Origin: an uncultured Gammaproteobacteria bacterium | GTDB lineage: Bacteria; Patescibacteriota; Patescibacteriia; Magasanikbacterales; UBA922 | Assembly: GCA_964597575.1 (NCBI GenBank) | Contig: CAZQXB010000001.1 | Location: 64,964 to 128,963 of the forward strand | DNA length: 64,000 bases | Direction: 5' to 3' | Shown here: positions 1 through 9,838 of the stretch, piece by piece | Position numbering within the stretch: the stretch's first letter is position 1 | How the letters are laid out: every line of letters begins with the position of its first letter | Notes under the pieces: generated by a model | Seen by the model: only the letters and a program-made list of their open reading frames with translations | What the model was told of the DNA's origin: nothing | Database searches by the model: none | Program-made: the position numbers and the translations under genes

Positions 1-639
1 CTTGATGACAGCGCCATTGCTGAAAAAATTCGTCGCGATCAAAAACATGGTATGTCGGTTGGTGTCGGCGGTACCCCTACGTTCTTCTTGAACGGCGCAG
101 CTATTCAAACACCGGGATCACTTCAAGAATTCAAAACGCTTATTGAAGCCGCACTTCAAAATGCTCCCACTCGAACGTTTACCGATGCAGATTTTGCCGG
201 AGCAGCAGTTGCGCACACAAGTGCCGACATCGCAATCATCGTAAACGGAAAAAACAGCATGCTCCCAGCTTCGAGTACAAGTGAGTACATTAAAACCGCA
301 GACAACGGCACGGTGCTTCATCGCCATAAAGAAGGGATCACACTCGGGTATGCGCTTGAAACACTCGGTGTTACCCTGACCGATACGTGTCTCACTATTT
401 CAGGCGTGGAATCTTGCACCAACAGTGAAAATTCACTCAAAGTATTTGTAAACGGAAAGAGGACCGTAAACGGAAGTCGGTATGTTTTCCAAACGGGTGA
501 TAAAATTTTAATCAGTTTTGGACCACTCACCGACAGCACACTCGAAACCCAACTCGCAAACATTCCCGATAACGCAAAAAAACACCAAGAAGAAGATCAT
601 GACAAAAACATGCAGGCTCACAGTGAAACAAGCTCATAA
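1..639 (+). CDS. DsbA/thioredoxin-fold protein, C-terminal part (5'-truncated by window)
   Basis: Frame open from base 1; GVGGTPTFFLNG motif typical of DsbA-family C-terminus. Confidence 0.75.
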   Translation, partial: LDDSAIAEKIRRDQKHGMSVGVGGTPTFFLNGAAIQTPGSLQEFKTLIEAALQNAPTRTFTDADFAGAAVAHTSADIAIIVNGKNSMLPASSTSEYIKTADNGTVLHRHKEGITLGYALETLGVTLTDTCLTISGVESCTNSENSLKVFVNGKRTVNGSRYVFQTGDKILISFGPLTDSTLETQLANIPDNAKKHQEEDHDKNMQAHSETSS

Positions 640-641
640 TT

Positions 642-1916
642 ATGCCTCAAGCAAAAATAGAAAAACTCGTATTTGGGGGTCAGGGCTTAGCACACGTTGA
701 CGGAAACACCGCCTTTCTTTGGAACGCCCTTCCTGGCGAAGAAGTGGATTTTGAAATTCTCTCGAAGAGAAAAGGGGTCATCGAAGGAATCGTAACTGGT
801 GTCCTTAAACCCTCAAAGGATCGTCAGAAACCGCACGAAAAACAGTTTCTCTCGACAAGCCCTTGGCAAATGATGGATCCAAAGGCAGAGCTTCGTTTTA
901 AACAAGAAATTGCGGCCGAAACATACAGCAAACTTGGAAACCTCATTCTCTCGCCTGAACAACTTCCTATCGCCGGAAGTGAACGGATCACGGGGTATCG
1001 AAACAAGATGGAGTTTAGTTTTACGGTAGACACCGGTGGTGTAATCTCACTCGCCTTTTTCGAACGTGGCAGTAAAGTAAAAGTAGCGGTTGAAGGGTCA
1101 GTTCTCTGTGAAGACGTTATCAATACCACGGCCAAATCAATCCTACGCTGGATTCGTGAAATGGATATTCCGATTCGGAGTCTGAAGGCGCTTATTGTGC
1201 GAAGCAATGGTGAAGGGAAGGCTATCGCCGCTCTTTTCATTAAAGATAAACTTTCTTTCCCTACCTATCCATCACTATCTGAATCGTGCCTTGGGTTTGA
1301 ACTCTACTACTCAACACACAAGTCTCCAGCATCGGTTCCGACCGAATTGCTGTACCATGTAGGGCAGAACACATTGACCGCGACCATTAAGGGGGCCAAA
1401 CTTACCTTTGGAATTTTTAGTTTTTTTCAAATTAATATTCCGGTATTTGATGAAGCGCTCAGTGATATTGCGGCCTTTATTTCTCCAAAAGATGCTCTTC
1501 TCGATTTTTACGCAGGGGTTGGAGCCATTGGTATTCCTATCTCAAGAAATCGAAGTTCACTTACCATTGTCGAAAGCAACGAAGATGCAATTCACTTTGC
1601 CACGCAAAACGTTGCTGACAATGGACTTGAGAATGTGACCATTCAAGGGCTTCCGGCTGAGCATGCCACGAATGCGATTACGAGCGATGCAACGCTTATT
1701 GTTGACCCCCCTCGGGCTGGGCTTCACCCGAATGTTATCTCTAAAATTCTCCTCAAACGTCCACCAAAAATCATCTATCTCTCTTGTGGTCTCGACACTC
1801 AGGCACGGGACCTCCGTCTTCTCTCAGAAGCGTATCGCCCGGTCTTCTTTCGCCTGTACAACTTCTTCCCTCGAACTCCCCACATTGAGGGGCTGGTTGT
1901 ACTCGAACGCGTATAG
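642..1916 (+). CDS. rlmD: 23S rRNA (uracil-C5)-methyltransferase, RlmD/TrmA family
   Basis: N-terminal TRAM-like IEKLVFGGQG, YRNKMEF, SFFQIN, DPPRAG, YLSC, FPRTPHIE motifs. Confidence 0.9.
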   Translation: MPQAKIEKLVFGGQGLAHVDGNTAFLWNALPGEEVDFEILSKRKGVIEGIVTGVLKPSKDRQKPHEKQFLSTSPWQMMDPKAELRFKQEIAAETYSKLGNLILSPEQLPIAGSERITGYRNKMEFSFTVDTGGVISLAFFERGSKVKVAVEGSVLCEDVINTTAKSILRWIREMDIPIRSLKALIVRSNGEGKAIAALFIKDKLSFPTYPSLSESCLGFELYYSTHKSPASVPTELLYHVGQNTLTATIKGAKLTFGIFSFFQINIPVFDEALSDIAAFISPKDALLDFYAGVGAIGIPISRNRSSLTIVESNEDAIHFATQNVADNGLENVTIQGLPAEHATNAITSDATLIVDPPRAGLHPNVISKILLKRPPKIIYLSCGLDTQARDLRLLSEAYRPVFFRLYNFFPRTPHIEGLVVLERV

Positions 1917-1938
1917 TGAACACACGAGAGGATAGCCA

Positions 1939-1968
1939 TTGACTTTTTTCCCTGTTTTTCGCTATACT
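1939..1968 (+). promoter_or_regulatory. sigma70-type promoter
   Basis: TTGACT-N18-TATACT. Confidence 0.65.
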
Positions 1969-1986
1969 TAAGCCATATATATCTCT

Positions 1987-2064
1987 ATGTATAAAAAAAG
2001 AAAGCAAGCACTCCGAAAACGCAAGAAAAAAGCAGGCAAAAATGTTGGCTTGCGCTATCGCTAA
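1987..2064 (+). CDS. 25-aa highly basic peptide (MYKKRKQALRKRKKKAGKNVGLRYR)
   Basis: ATG..TAA ORF read manually, starting ~18 nt after a promoter; below ORF-track cutoff. Confidence 0.55.
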   Translation: MYKKRKQALRKRKKKAGKNVGLRYR

Positions 2065-2109
2065 ACATACTTCCCGCGCAAGCGGGATTTGTTTTCCATA
2101 TCATTCTCT

Positions 2110-2667
2110 ATGTGGCCACGACAAGTACGAGAGTACCCATATACCCTCCTGTTCTTCGCCTCCATGCTCGTGGCGATCTTACTCTATATTTCGGGAACAC
2201 TCCACAGGTTTGCTGAACTGCTTCAACCGCTCAGTTACATCGGCATCCTTATCAATGGTTTTTTCTTTTCCTCTGCGTTTACCTCAAGCACTGCAACCCT
2301 TCTTTTTATTGAACTCGGGGAAAAGGTAAATCCACTTCTCGCAGCACCAGTTGGAGGAATAGGTGCCACCATTGCCGACACCTTCCTCTACCGCCTACTC
2401 AAAAATCATCTCTTAAAAGAAATGAAACATCTTGCACTGAGCATACATCGACACATTCACCCAAATCACCGACTCTTTTTTTCTCGTTCAAAAAAATTCC
2501 GCCCCTTTCTTTTTCTCTTAGGCGGAATAGTAATCTCTTCCCCATTTCCGGATGAACTTGGGGTAGCACTGTTTACCCTCGCCAATGTTCGTTTTCGCTA
2601 TTTTTCTTTGGTGGTATTTATATGTAACACCATCGGAATCGCCATTCTCCTTTCTCTCGGACACTAA
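2110..2667 (+). CDS. Integral membrane protein (DedA/VTT-like)
   Basis: Several hydrophobic segments, GGIGATIAD and SPFPDE motifs. Confidence 0.6.
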   Translation: MWPRQVREYPYTLLFFASMLVAILLYISGTLHRFAELLQPLSYIGILINGFFFSSAFTSSTATLLFIELGEKVNPLLAAPVGGIGATIADTFLYRLLKNHLLKEMKHLALSIHRHIHPNHRLFFSRSKKFRPFLFLLGGIVISSPFPDELGVALFTLANVRFRYFSLVVFICNTIGIAILLSLGH

Positions 2668-2676
2668 CATGTACCT

Positions 2677-3234
2677 ATGAAAAAAATTACACTCAAAAAA
2701 GCCGGTCCGGTTCGAACGATGTATCGCGGAAAAATATTTTCTATTAAGGAACGCGATATTACTTTTTCCGACGGATCAAAAAAGGTGTACGAGTACTGCG
2801 AGCGCCCAGACAGCGTGAGTGTTTTAGCGTTTAACGACAAAGGTGAACTTCTTCTCATTAAAGAACGGCGCCAATATAATAAACCGCCGGTGTGGTTTTT
2901 ACCCGGAGGACGCATCGATAAAAAAGGAGATACACCGAAAAAAGCCGCGGTTCGTGAACTTCGCGAGGAAACAGGGTACAGTGCAAAAACACTCAAGTTA
3001 GCACACAAGAAAACTCCGAGCCAAACCCTGCTTTGGGATATTTATATCTTTGCTGCTAAGAATTTAGAATACAAACCTTTGCCGAATGAAGTAGGCGAAG
3101 ATACCGTGCCGCATTTTGTTCCATTTCAAGAAGCGGTGACCATGGCCTTAAATGGCACAATTGAAAATGAGTTTGTTGCCTACAACATTATTCGTTTTTC
3201 AGAAATGGTGAAACACGGTGAGTTTAGTTGGTAA
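2677..3234 (+). CDS. NUDIX hydrolase (ADP-ribose pyrophosphatase-like)
   Basis: Nudix box GGRID...AAVRELREETGY. Confidence 0.9.
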   Translation: MKKITLKKAGPVRTMYRGKIFSIKERDITFSDGSKKVYEYCERPDSVSVLAFNDKGELLLIKERRQYNKPPVWFLPGGRIDKKGDTPKKAAVRELREETGYSAKTLKLAHKKTPSQTLLWDIYIFAAKNLEYKPLPNEVGEDTVPHFVPFQEAVTMALNGTIENEFVAYNIIRFSEMVKHGEFSW

Positions 3235-3313
3235 GAAAAGGTAGTTCCTTTAGTTAAATTCAGCTTACCAAAGTTTAGACTCAGTTAATTTATAGCAATC
3301 TATATTTAAAAAA

Positions 3314-3616
3314 TTATTTAGTTTTATGTATTAGATTTAATCCAAATCTAATTCTACTTGCTTGAGATTTTCCAACTTCGTTTTTTTCATCTATTCCGGC
3401 CTTTAACTCTACCCCTAAAACTTTAATTCCCCCTCCCACCGCCCCATTCCCTCCGGTTTTTTCGTCAACGGTTATTGCTATATCAAAATCTATATCCCCG
3501 GCCTTTTCTCTACTGGTAATGCGAATAAGCTCTGATCCCCGCTTGCGACACTCTTCGACAGCATCAGCAATATCGCCTACTGTCTTGACAATAAAATCCT
3601 TAAGTTCCATAGCCAT
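3314..3616 (-). CDS. Trypco2-like domain protein
   Basis: MELKDFI..TV.DI..AV, IDFDIAITV, GGGIKVLGV, SRIRF pattern; AT-rich context. Confidence 0.6.
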   Translation of the reverse strand: MAMELKDFIVKTVGDIADAVEECRKRGSELIRITSREKAGDIDFDIAITVDEKTGGNGAVGGGIKVLGVELKAGIDEKNEVGKSQASRIRFGLNLIHKTK

Positions 3617-3801
3617 TAATTATAATCGGAAAAGCGACGACGCAGGCTTACAACTTTTACCAGCTGATCCTTTTTCATATCCCCAGCGAGTCCACAATTT
3701 TCACATTTTTGATCCTCAATTTTTTTCCCTTTTTCGAGACTTATCTCTCCTCTAAAATCACACCTTGTACACAACACTGTTATTTTATATACATTTTCCA
3801 T
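3616..3801 (-). CDS. Small zinc-ribbon protein
   Basis: CTRC...CENC; its stop overlaps the start of the Trypco2-like gene. Confidence 0.55.
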   Translation of the reverse strand: MENVYKITVLCTRCDFRGEISLEKGKKIEDQKCENCGLAGDMKKDQLVKVVSLRRRFSDYN

Positions 3802-3864
3802 AATAAGTACAATAAAATTTTTACTAAAAACTGAGCTCTTAGCTCAGTCTTCAGAAAACCTTTT

Positions 3865-6800
3865 TTACGAGCACCCGAGGGAGTCCCCGCAGTTCAAACA
3901 CTTATAGCAGGCGCCATTTCGAACGGTAATGTGTCCGCACGTTGGGCAGGCTGGCGCGTCACCATCCATTTCACTAAGCGCCTGGGCCATCGCATCTGGC
4001 ACATCCCCAGCCACCGCTCCTGAAGTAGCCTCATCAGCAACTTCGCTTTTCGCTTTTCCAGCCACAGCTGGTGCTATTTTTGGTAATTGAAGGGTTTCTT
4101 GCCCGGCAGTGTTTTCAGCCAAGTTCACTAAGTTTTCAAATTTGTTTTTTTGAATTCCTTTTGGAGGCACCTGTACAAAATCAGTGCGACCAAGGTACTC
4201 CATGCCAAGAACACGGAAGACAAAGTCGATAATGGAAGTACAGATTTTTACATTTGGGTGGTCAGTCATTCCGGCTGGCTCAAAACGAGTAAAGGTAAAG
4301 TTCTCTACATATTTTTCGAGCGGCACGCCGTACTGAAGACCCATAGAAACGGAAATCGCGAACATGTTCAACATACTGCGGAAGGCTGCACCTTCTTTAT
4401 ACATGTCAACGAAAATCTCAGCTAATTTTCCATCTGGATATTCACCGGTACGAAGCCAGATCTGCTGATTTCCAATTTTTGCTGAAACCGTAATACCACT
4501 GCGTTTCGCTGGAACTTTTCGTTTTTCCCCATGCACATAAACACGATGGTCAGTAATCGACCCATCTTTACTATAACTTGGTATGGCATGGGTATCTGGC
4601 ATGTGCTGGCCCAAAATTTTACTTGCGGCTAGAATTGCCTGGCTCAAATCTGCTTGTTTTACCACTTCAACTTCTTTCGCTACTGGTTTCTCAACCACCG
4701 CCTTCACCTCTTCTTTTATCTCTTCCTTCTTTACTTCTTTCTTTGAAGAAGTAGAGAGGGCTTGAGAAAGTTTACTTCCATCACGATACAATGCTACCGC
4801 TTTCAAACCAACGCGCCACGATTCTTCATAGGCAAATTTCACGTCTTCTACGGTCACATCATTTGGCATGTTGATGGTCTTTGAAATCGCGCCAGACAAA
4901 AATGGCTGGGCTGCGGCCATCATTCTTACATGTCCCAAGTAATGAATGTACCGAACGCCTTTCTTTCCACATTTGTTTGCGCAATCGAAAATAGGATAAT
5001 GTTCTGCTTTCAAATGAGGCGCACCTTCAATCGTCATGAGACCACACACAAAGTCATTCGCTCGATCAATTTCCTCATCAGAAAAACCAAGCGCTTTCAA
5101 CATGTGAAAGTTCGAATCATTATATTCCGTCGCACTGAAGCCAGCGCGCTTCATACACTCTTCACCAAGCGTCCACACATTAAAGGCAAAGCGGATTTCA
5201 AAGGCACCTTTCAAAGCTTTGTTCACCTTCTCAAGGTCTTCTGTGCTAAATCCTTTTGCTTTCAAACTTTCTGCATTAATGAATGGAGCATTCGTAATGT
5301 CGGCAGTCCCTTTCATGTAATCCATTACTTCCCCTACTTCGTTTTCTGCGTATCCAAGCTGGCGAAGTGCAGCTGGCACCGCTTCGTTCACAATCTTGAA
5401 GTAGCCTCCACCGGCGAGTTTTTTAAACTTCACCAAGGCAAAATCTGGTTCTACACCGGTCGTCGCACAGTCCATGAGAAGCCCAATCGTTCCGGTCGGA
5501 GCAAGAAGTGTGGTTTGAGCGTTGCGGTATCCGTATTTTTCTCCCCAAGCTACGGCTTCGTTCCAACTTTCTCGCGCAGCCGCGAGCAAATATGCCGGAG
5601 CATATTCTGGGTTAATACCAACAGGCATGATCGTAATTTTTTCGTATTCACTTTCTGGTGCATTGAATGCAGCGCGACGATGATTACGCATCACGCGAAG
5701 CATATCTTCACGATTCAAAGCGAATTTAGGGAATGGCCCGAGGAAGCTCGCGATTTCAGCGCTTGTTCGATACGACTCACCGGTCATTAGCGCGGTTACT
5801 GCACCCGTAAACGCGTACGCTTCTTCTGATTCATACGGAATACCGGCAGTCATAAGAACTGAACCAATATTCGCATACCCTAACCCGAGGGTGCGGTATT
5901 CATAACTCATCTGAGCAATTTCCTTACTTGGGTATTGCGCCATGAGGACACTAATTTCGAGTACTACGGTCCACAAACGAACACTGTGTTTAAAATCGTC
6001 AACCAAGAACTCCTGACGTTCCACATTATAATAGTGTGCCAAGTTGAGCGAGGCCAAGTTACACGCAGTGTTATCGAGGAACATGTATTCACTGCATGGG
6101 TTCGAACCATTGATCCGGCCTGATTGAGGGCAGGTGTGCCAATCGTTAATCGTACCATCATACTGCACCCCTGGGTCAGCACAGCGCCATGCAGCATATG
6201 CAATCGCATCCCAAATTTCTCGAGCTTTATGGGTGCGCGCAATAGTGCCGTCGGTTCTCCAGGTCAAATTCCAAGAAGCATCACGTTTTATCGCATCCAT
6301 GAAGGTGTGTGGTACACGTACGGAATTGTTCGAATTCTGACCAGACACGGTTTGGTATGCTTCCCCTTCGTAATCTGAGCCGTATCCTGCGGTAATCAAG
6401 GCGGCAACCTTCTTTTCTTCTTCTACTTTCCAGTTAATAAATTCCAAAATATCGGGGTGATCTGCATTCAAGATAACCATTTTTGCGGCACGGCGTGTCG
6501 TACCACCAGATTTAATTGCACCAGCTGCGCGGTCACCAATTTTAAGGAAACTCATGAGGCCGCTTGACATACCACCACCAGAAAGAGCTTCACCTCGTCC
6601 GCGAAGTCCAGAAAAGTTGGTACCCGTACCAGAGCCGTACTTAAACAACCGAGCTTCGCGCACCCATAGATCCATAATTCCGCCTTCACCTACTAAGTCA
6701 TCTCGAACCGACTGGATAAAACACGCGTGTGGTTGTGGGTGAGAGTAAGAATCTTTTGATTTGGTCAAAACACCAGAATCAGGATCAACATAATAGTGCC

Positions 6801-7371
6801 CTTGTGACGGACCATTAATGCCGTATGCCCAATGGAGCCCGGTATTAAACCACTGTGGTGAGTTCGGTGCGACACGCTGCGTGAGGAGCATGTACGCAAG
6901 CTCATCGTAAAACACTTGTGCATCTTCAGGAGTTGCAAAGTATCCATATCGCTCCCCCCAGTACCGCCAAGTTCCGACCAATCGATGCACCGTTTGTTTC
7001 ACGCTGGTTTCAGGTCCAAGCATGGGAGACCCGTCTGCGTTCTTTTTCGGTGATCCATCAGCATTAAATTGTGGCACCCCGGCTTTGCGAAAATATTTTT
7101 GTGCAACAATATCTGTCGCAACCTGTGACCATGTTTTCGGAATCTCAATTTCTTTCATTTCAAACACCACCGTACCATCCGGTTCACGAATAACTGAGGT
7201 GCGTAGATCATATTCGATCATGTCATACGGACTCACGCCTTGTTTGGTATACAAACGCTGACACTTAAGCCCATTCGGGTGATACGTAAAACGAGCCGAG
7301 GCATCGGCTCCGAGCTGAATGCTTTCAATAAAACGGGAATCAGTTGGCCCCATAGAATGAAGATAAGGCAT
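3865..7371 (-). CDS. nrdJ: Class II (adenosylcobalamin-dependent) ribonucleotide reductase
   Basis: PNSPQWFN, HACFI, SNPCSEY, LAPTGTI, AISKTIN, C-terminal TSCPD-like region and CPTC..CLNC. Confidence 0.95.
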   Translation of the reverse strand: MPYLHSMGPTDSRFIESIQLGADASARFTYHPNGLKCQRLYTKQGVSPYDMIEYDLRTSVIREPDGTVVFEMKEIEIPKTWSQVATDIVAQKYFRKAGVPQFNADGSPKKNADGSPMLGPETSVKQTVHRLVGTWRYWGERYGYFATPEDAQVFYDELAYMLLTQRVAPNSPQWFNTGLHWAYGINGPSQGHYYVDPDSGVLTKSKDSYSHPQPHACFIQSVRDDLVGEGGIMDLWVREARLFKYGSGTGTNFSGLRGRGEALSGGGMSSGLMSFLKIGDRAAGAIKSGGTTRRAAKMVILNADHPDILEFINWKVEEEKKVAALITAGYGSDYEGEAYQTVSGQNSNNSVRVPHTFMDAIKRDASWNLTWRTDGTIARTHKAREIWDAIAYAAWRCADPGVQYDGTINDWHTCPQSGRINGSNPCSEYMFLDNTACNLASLNLAHYYNVERQEFLVDDFKHSVRLWTVVLEISVLMAQYPSKEIAQMSYEYRTLGLGYANIGSVLMTAGIPYESEEAYAFTGAVTALMTGESYRTSAEIASFLGPFPKFALNREDMLRVMRNHRRAAFNAPESEYEKITIMPVGINPEYAPAYLLAAARESWNEAVAWGEKYGYRNAQTTLLAPTGTIGLLMDCATTGVEPDFALVKFKKLAGGGYFKIVNEAVPAALRQLGYAENEVGEVMDYMKGTADITNAPFINAESLKAKGFSTEDLEKVNKALKGAFEIRFAFNVWTLGEECMKRAGFSATEYNDSNFHMLKALGFSDEEIDRANDFVCGLMTIEGAPHLKAEHYPIFDCANKCGKKGVRYIHYLGHVRMMAAAQPFLSGAISKTINMPNDVTVEDVKFAYEESWRVGLKAVALYRDGSKLSQALSTSSKKEVKKEEIKEEVKAVVEKPVAKEVEVVKQADLSQAILAASKILGQHMPDTHAIPSYSKDGSITDHRVYVHGEKRKVPAKRSGITVSAKIGNQQIWLRTGEYPDGKLAEIFVDMYKEGAAFRSMLNMFAISVSMGLQYGVPLEKYVENFTFTRFEPAGMTDHPNVKICTSIIDFVFRVLGMEYLGRTDFVQVPPKGIQKNKFENLVNLAENTAGQETLQLPKIAPAVAGKAKSEVADEATSGAVAGDVPDAMAQALSEMDGDAPACPTCGHITVRNGACYKCLNCGDSLGCS

Positions 7372-7391
7372 TAGAGTGGCATCCGACGACT

Positions 7392-7439
7392 TTCCTACAG
7401 ATTGTGGTGCAAGTGAACTTGTACCACTATAGGTAGTGT
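7392..7439 (-). promoter_or_regulatory. Tandem NrdR boxes upstream of nrdJ
   Basis: ACACTACCTATAGTGG (13/16 to acaCwAtATaTwGtgt) and CCACAATCTGTAGGAA (10/16), 32 bp start-to-start, just downstream of an extended -10 TGTTATACT. Confidence 0.65.
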
Positions 7440-7559
7440 TTTGTGAGACGCTTGGTCAGTATAACATAATTTCTAAATCAGACCAACTGTCGTGAAATTG
7501 CTCTCACTTTGGCGTAGTTTTTCTCTTTTCTGAATTTTCATAAGAACTTACCAACAATG

Positions 7560-7590
7560 TTATCCACAATTTTTTGAAATCAGTGGATAA
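7560..7590. promoter_or_regulatory. Inverted pair of DnaA boxes in nrdJ/ruvB intergenic region
   Basis: TTATCCACA and AGTGGATAA. Confidence 0.55.
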
Positions 7591-7664
7591 CACATGAACA
7601 AAACCATACCTCTCAGTGTCCTTGTGCCTTAAGAAAGAGAATCGTATACTACGCCTACTACTGT

Positions 7665-8702
7665 ATGTCATCTGAAATTCTTTTTGAAACAACAGAACCG
7701 GAACGGCTGATTGACCCGGACCAAGCCTCCCCCGAAGAAGAAACGATTGATCGGAGCCTTCGCCCCAAAACCTTGGCCGATTTTGTAGGCCAACACCACA
7801 TTAAGGATCCTCTCCTTATTGCTCTTCATGCAACGAAAAAACGCCAGGAACCTATGGAACACGTATTGTTATACGGGAACCCCGGCCTTGGAAAAACCAC
7901 GCTTGCAAGTATCATTGCGGGCGAAATGAATGCGCACATGACCATCACCTCTGGCCCAGCCCTAGAGCGCGTTGGGGATTTAGCAGCTATTTTAACCGGC
8001 CTTTCCCCTCACGACGTGCTATTTATCGATGAAATTCATCGCATGAATAAAACGATTGAAGAGGTGCTCTATAGCGCTATGGAGGATTTTGCGCTCGATA
8101 TTATTGTGGGCAAGGGCCCTGGTGCCAAAACCCTTCGGATGCCTGTTCCCCCCTTTACCTTGATTGGAGCCACTACCAAGTTAAACCTCCTCTCAAACCC
8201 CCTTCGCGATCGGTTTGGGCACGTCTTTCACCTCACGTTCTATACTCCCGAAGACATTGAAACCATTCTTCGCACCAACGCGAAACGGCTTGAAGTTGAA
8301 CTAAGCAAAGAAGCCGCTGAAATTATTGCTACTCGCGCAAGAAGAACTCCTCGGGTGGCCAATCGCCTCCTCAAACGAGTGCGGGATTTCGCAGAAGTCA
8401 AAGGAAATGGTATTATTTCTCTTGATATTGCCCATAGCGCCCTCCGTCTCCTTGAGGTAGATAAAGAGGGTCTCGACCATGTCGACCGTAAACTCCTTCA
8501 GGCAATTATCAAAACGTTCCAAGGAGGACCTGTGGGGCTCCAAACACTCGCTGCCACCATTGCGGAAGATATGGAGACGATCGAAACCGTGTACGAACCA
8601 TACCTTCTTCAAATTGGCATGTTAGAAAGAACCCCACGCGGGAGAAAAGCGACTCAAAACGCCTACCTTCACCTTGGACTCACACCACCCACTCTTTTAT
8701 GA
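7665..8702 (+). CDS. ruvB: Holliday junction branch migration helicase RuvB
   Basis: [43 protein letters not shown]. Confidence 0.97.
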   Translation: MSSEILFETTEPERLIDPDQASPEEETIDRSLRPKTLADFVGQHHIKDPLLIALHATKKRQEPMEHVLLYGNPGLGKTTLASIIAGEMNAHMTITSGPALERVGDLAAILTGLSPHDVLFIDEIHRMNKTIEEVLYSAMEDFALDIIVGKGPGAKTLRMPVPPFTLIGATTKLNLLSNPLRDRFGHVFHLTFYTPEDIETILRTNAKRLEVELSKEAAEIIATRARRTPRVANRLLKRVRDFAEVKGNGIISLDIAHSALRLLEVDKEGLDHVDRKLLQAIIKTFQGGPVGLQTLAATIAEDMETIETVYEPYLLQIGMLERTPRGRKATQNAYLHLGLTPPTLL

Positions 8703-8971
8703 TAAGCATCCCCCTCTTCGTTTTTCTCGTCATTTTCGCGATTGTCGTGCTTGCGAGTGTTACTCTTTGGTGCATCAACGTCTACCATATTATTGCGAGT
8801 GCCTCCATGACTCCGGCCGCCTTCTTTGTATCTGCCACAGTCGCTATTCTTGGAATTCTCGTCATTGGGGGTACGTGGCTCCTCGTAAGCGATGTCGACT
8901 GGAGCACCAACCTCCCCATTTTTGATTCTAACCCCCTTACTCAGGATAGCCTTTCTTATGACCGTCCGTGA
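8699..8971 (+). CDS. Small membrane protein
   Basis: Two TM helices; ATGA overlap with ruvB stop. Confidence 0.65.
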   Translation: MISIPLFVFLVIFAIVVLASVTLWCINVYHIIASASMTPAAFFVSATVAILGILVIGGTWLLVSDVDWSTNLPIFDSNPLTQDSLSYDRP

Positions 8972-9515
8972 GCTCATCCATCAAAAATCATACGAACACG
9001 TTGTGTTTGTTCTTCGCCGTCACTGGCTTACATTCCTTATGGAAGTGGCCTTTTTCGTCCTTCTTTTTGTCGTACCAACCGCAGTGTGGTTCTTACTAAG
9101 CTCCCTTAATCCGAACCTCTTTTCTGTAGAAGCTTGGAGAATTTTAGGTATTCTCGGCGGTGGGATCTACTACTTAGCGAGCCTCATGTTTCTCTTTACC
9201 CATTTCATCGACTTCTACCTCGATGTGTGGATTGTGACGAACGATCGTATTATTGATATGGAGCAGTTCGGGTTATTTTCCCGAACCATTTCTGAGCTTG
9301 ATCTCTTTCAAATCCAAGACGTCACCACTGAAATTCACGGGTTCCTCGCGACCATGTTTAACTACGGCGATGTTACTATTAAAACCGCTTCAAGTAATGT
9401 AGGCATCGTATTCCGAAAAGTTCCTAATCCAAATTTTGTACGCCGACGCCTCATTGAACTCTCACACGAAGACCGTCGATTCCACATAGCAGAGCCCGGG
9501 CACATGGGATCATAG
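8958..9515 (+). CDS. Membrane protein with bacterial PH domain
   Basis: RRHW, 2 TM, WIVTNDRIID, IQDVT, NYGDVTIKTA. Confidence 0.8.
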   Translation: MTVRELIHQKSYEHVVFVLRRHWLTFLMEVAFFVLLFVVPTAVWFLLSSLNPNLFSVEAWRILGILGGGIYYLASLMFLFTHFIDFYLDVWIVTNDRIIDMEQFGLFSRTISELDLFQIQDVTTEIHGFLATMFNYGDVTIKTASSNVGIVFRKVPNPNFVRRRLIELSHEDRRFHIAEPGHMGS

Positions 9516-9517
9516 GT

Positions 9518-9838
9518 ATGCCACTTCCCGTTCTTCTTGCCCTCGGCTACCTTCTCGCTATTTCAATTATTGGATTTCTGCTTTGCTTTATCGACAAACA
9601 TTCCTCACAGGTATTTCGTGCCAGACGAATTCCAGAAATGACCTTTTATATACTGTGTCTTATGGGTGGCACTCTCGGCGTTCTCCTTGGCATGTACACG
9701 TTTCGACACAAAACCAAAAAAGTATCGTTTCAAGCTGTCGTCATTATCATTCTCGCTATTCAAGCATTCCTGTTCTTTTTTCTTTATCCGGAACTCTCCT
9801 TACCACCTTCTGATACTTTTTTATATGATCTCCCTTAA
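9518..9838 (+). CDS. DUF1294 family membrane protein
   Basis: DK...RRIPE...GG..G...GMYTFRHKTKK. Confidence 0.85.
   Translation: MPLPVLLALGYLLAISIIGFLLCFIDKHSSQVFRARRIPEMTFYILCLMGGTLGVLLGMYTFRHKTKKVSFQAVVIIILAIQAFLFFFLYPELSLPPSDTFLYDLP

Noticed and set aside
4150-7261. Long + strand ORFs inside nrdJ (and similar ones opposite gdhA, polA, dnaA, PBP)
   Set aside because: Antisense shadows of well-supported genes with no motifs.
7456-7467. In-frame ATG-TTA-TAC-TGA upstream of nrdJ suggesting TGA recoding (code 25)
   Set aside because: TGA terminates conserved genes at expected positions (e.g. ruvB, rnpA); this segment is the -10 element and NrdR operator.
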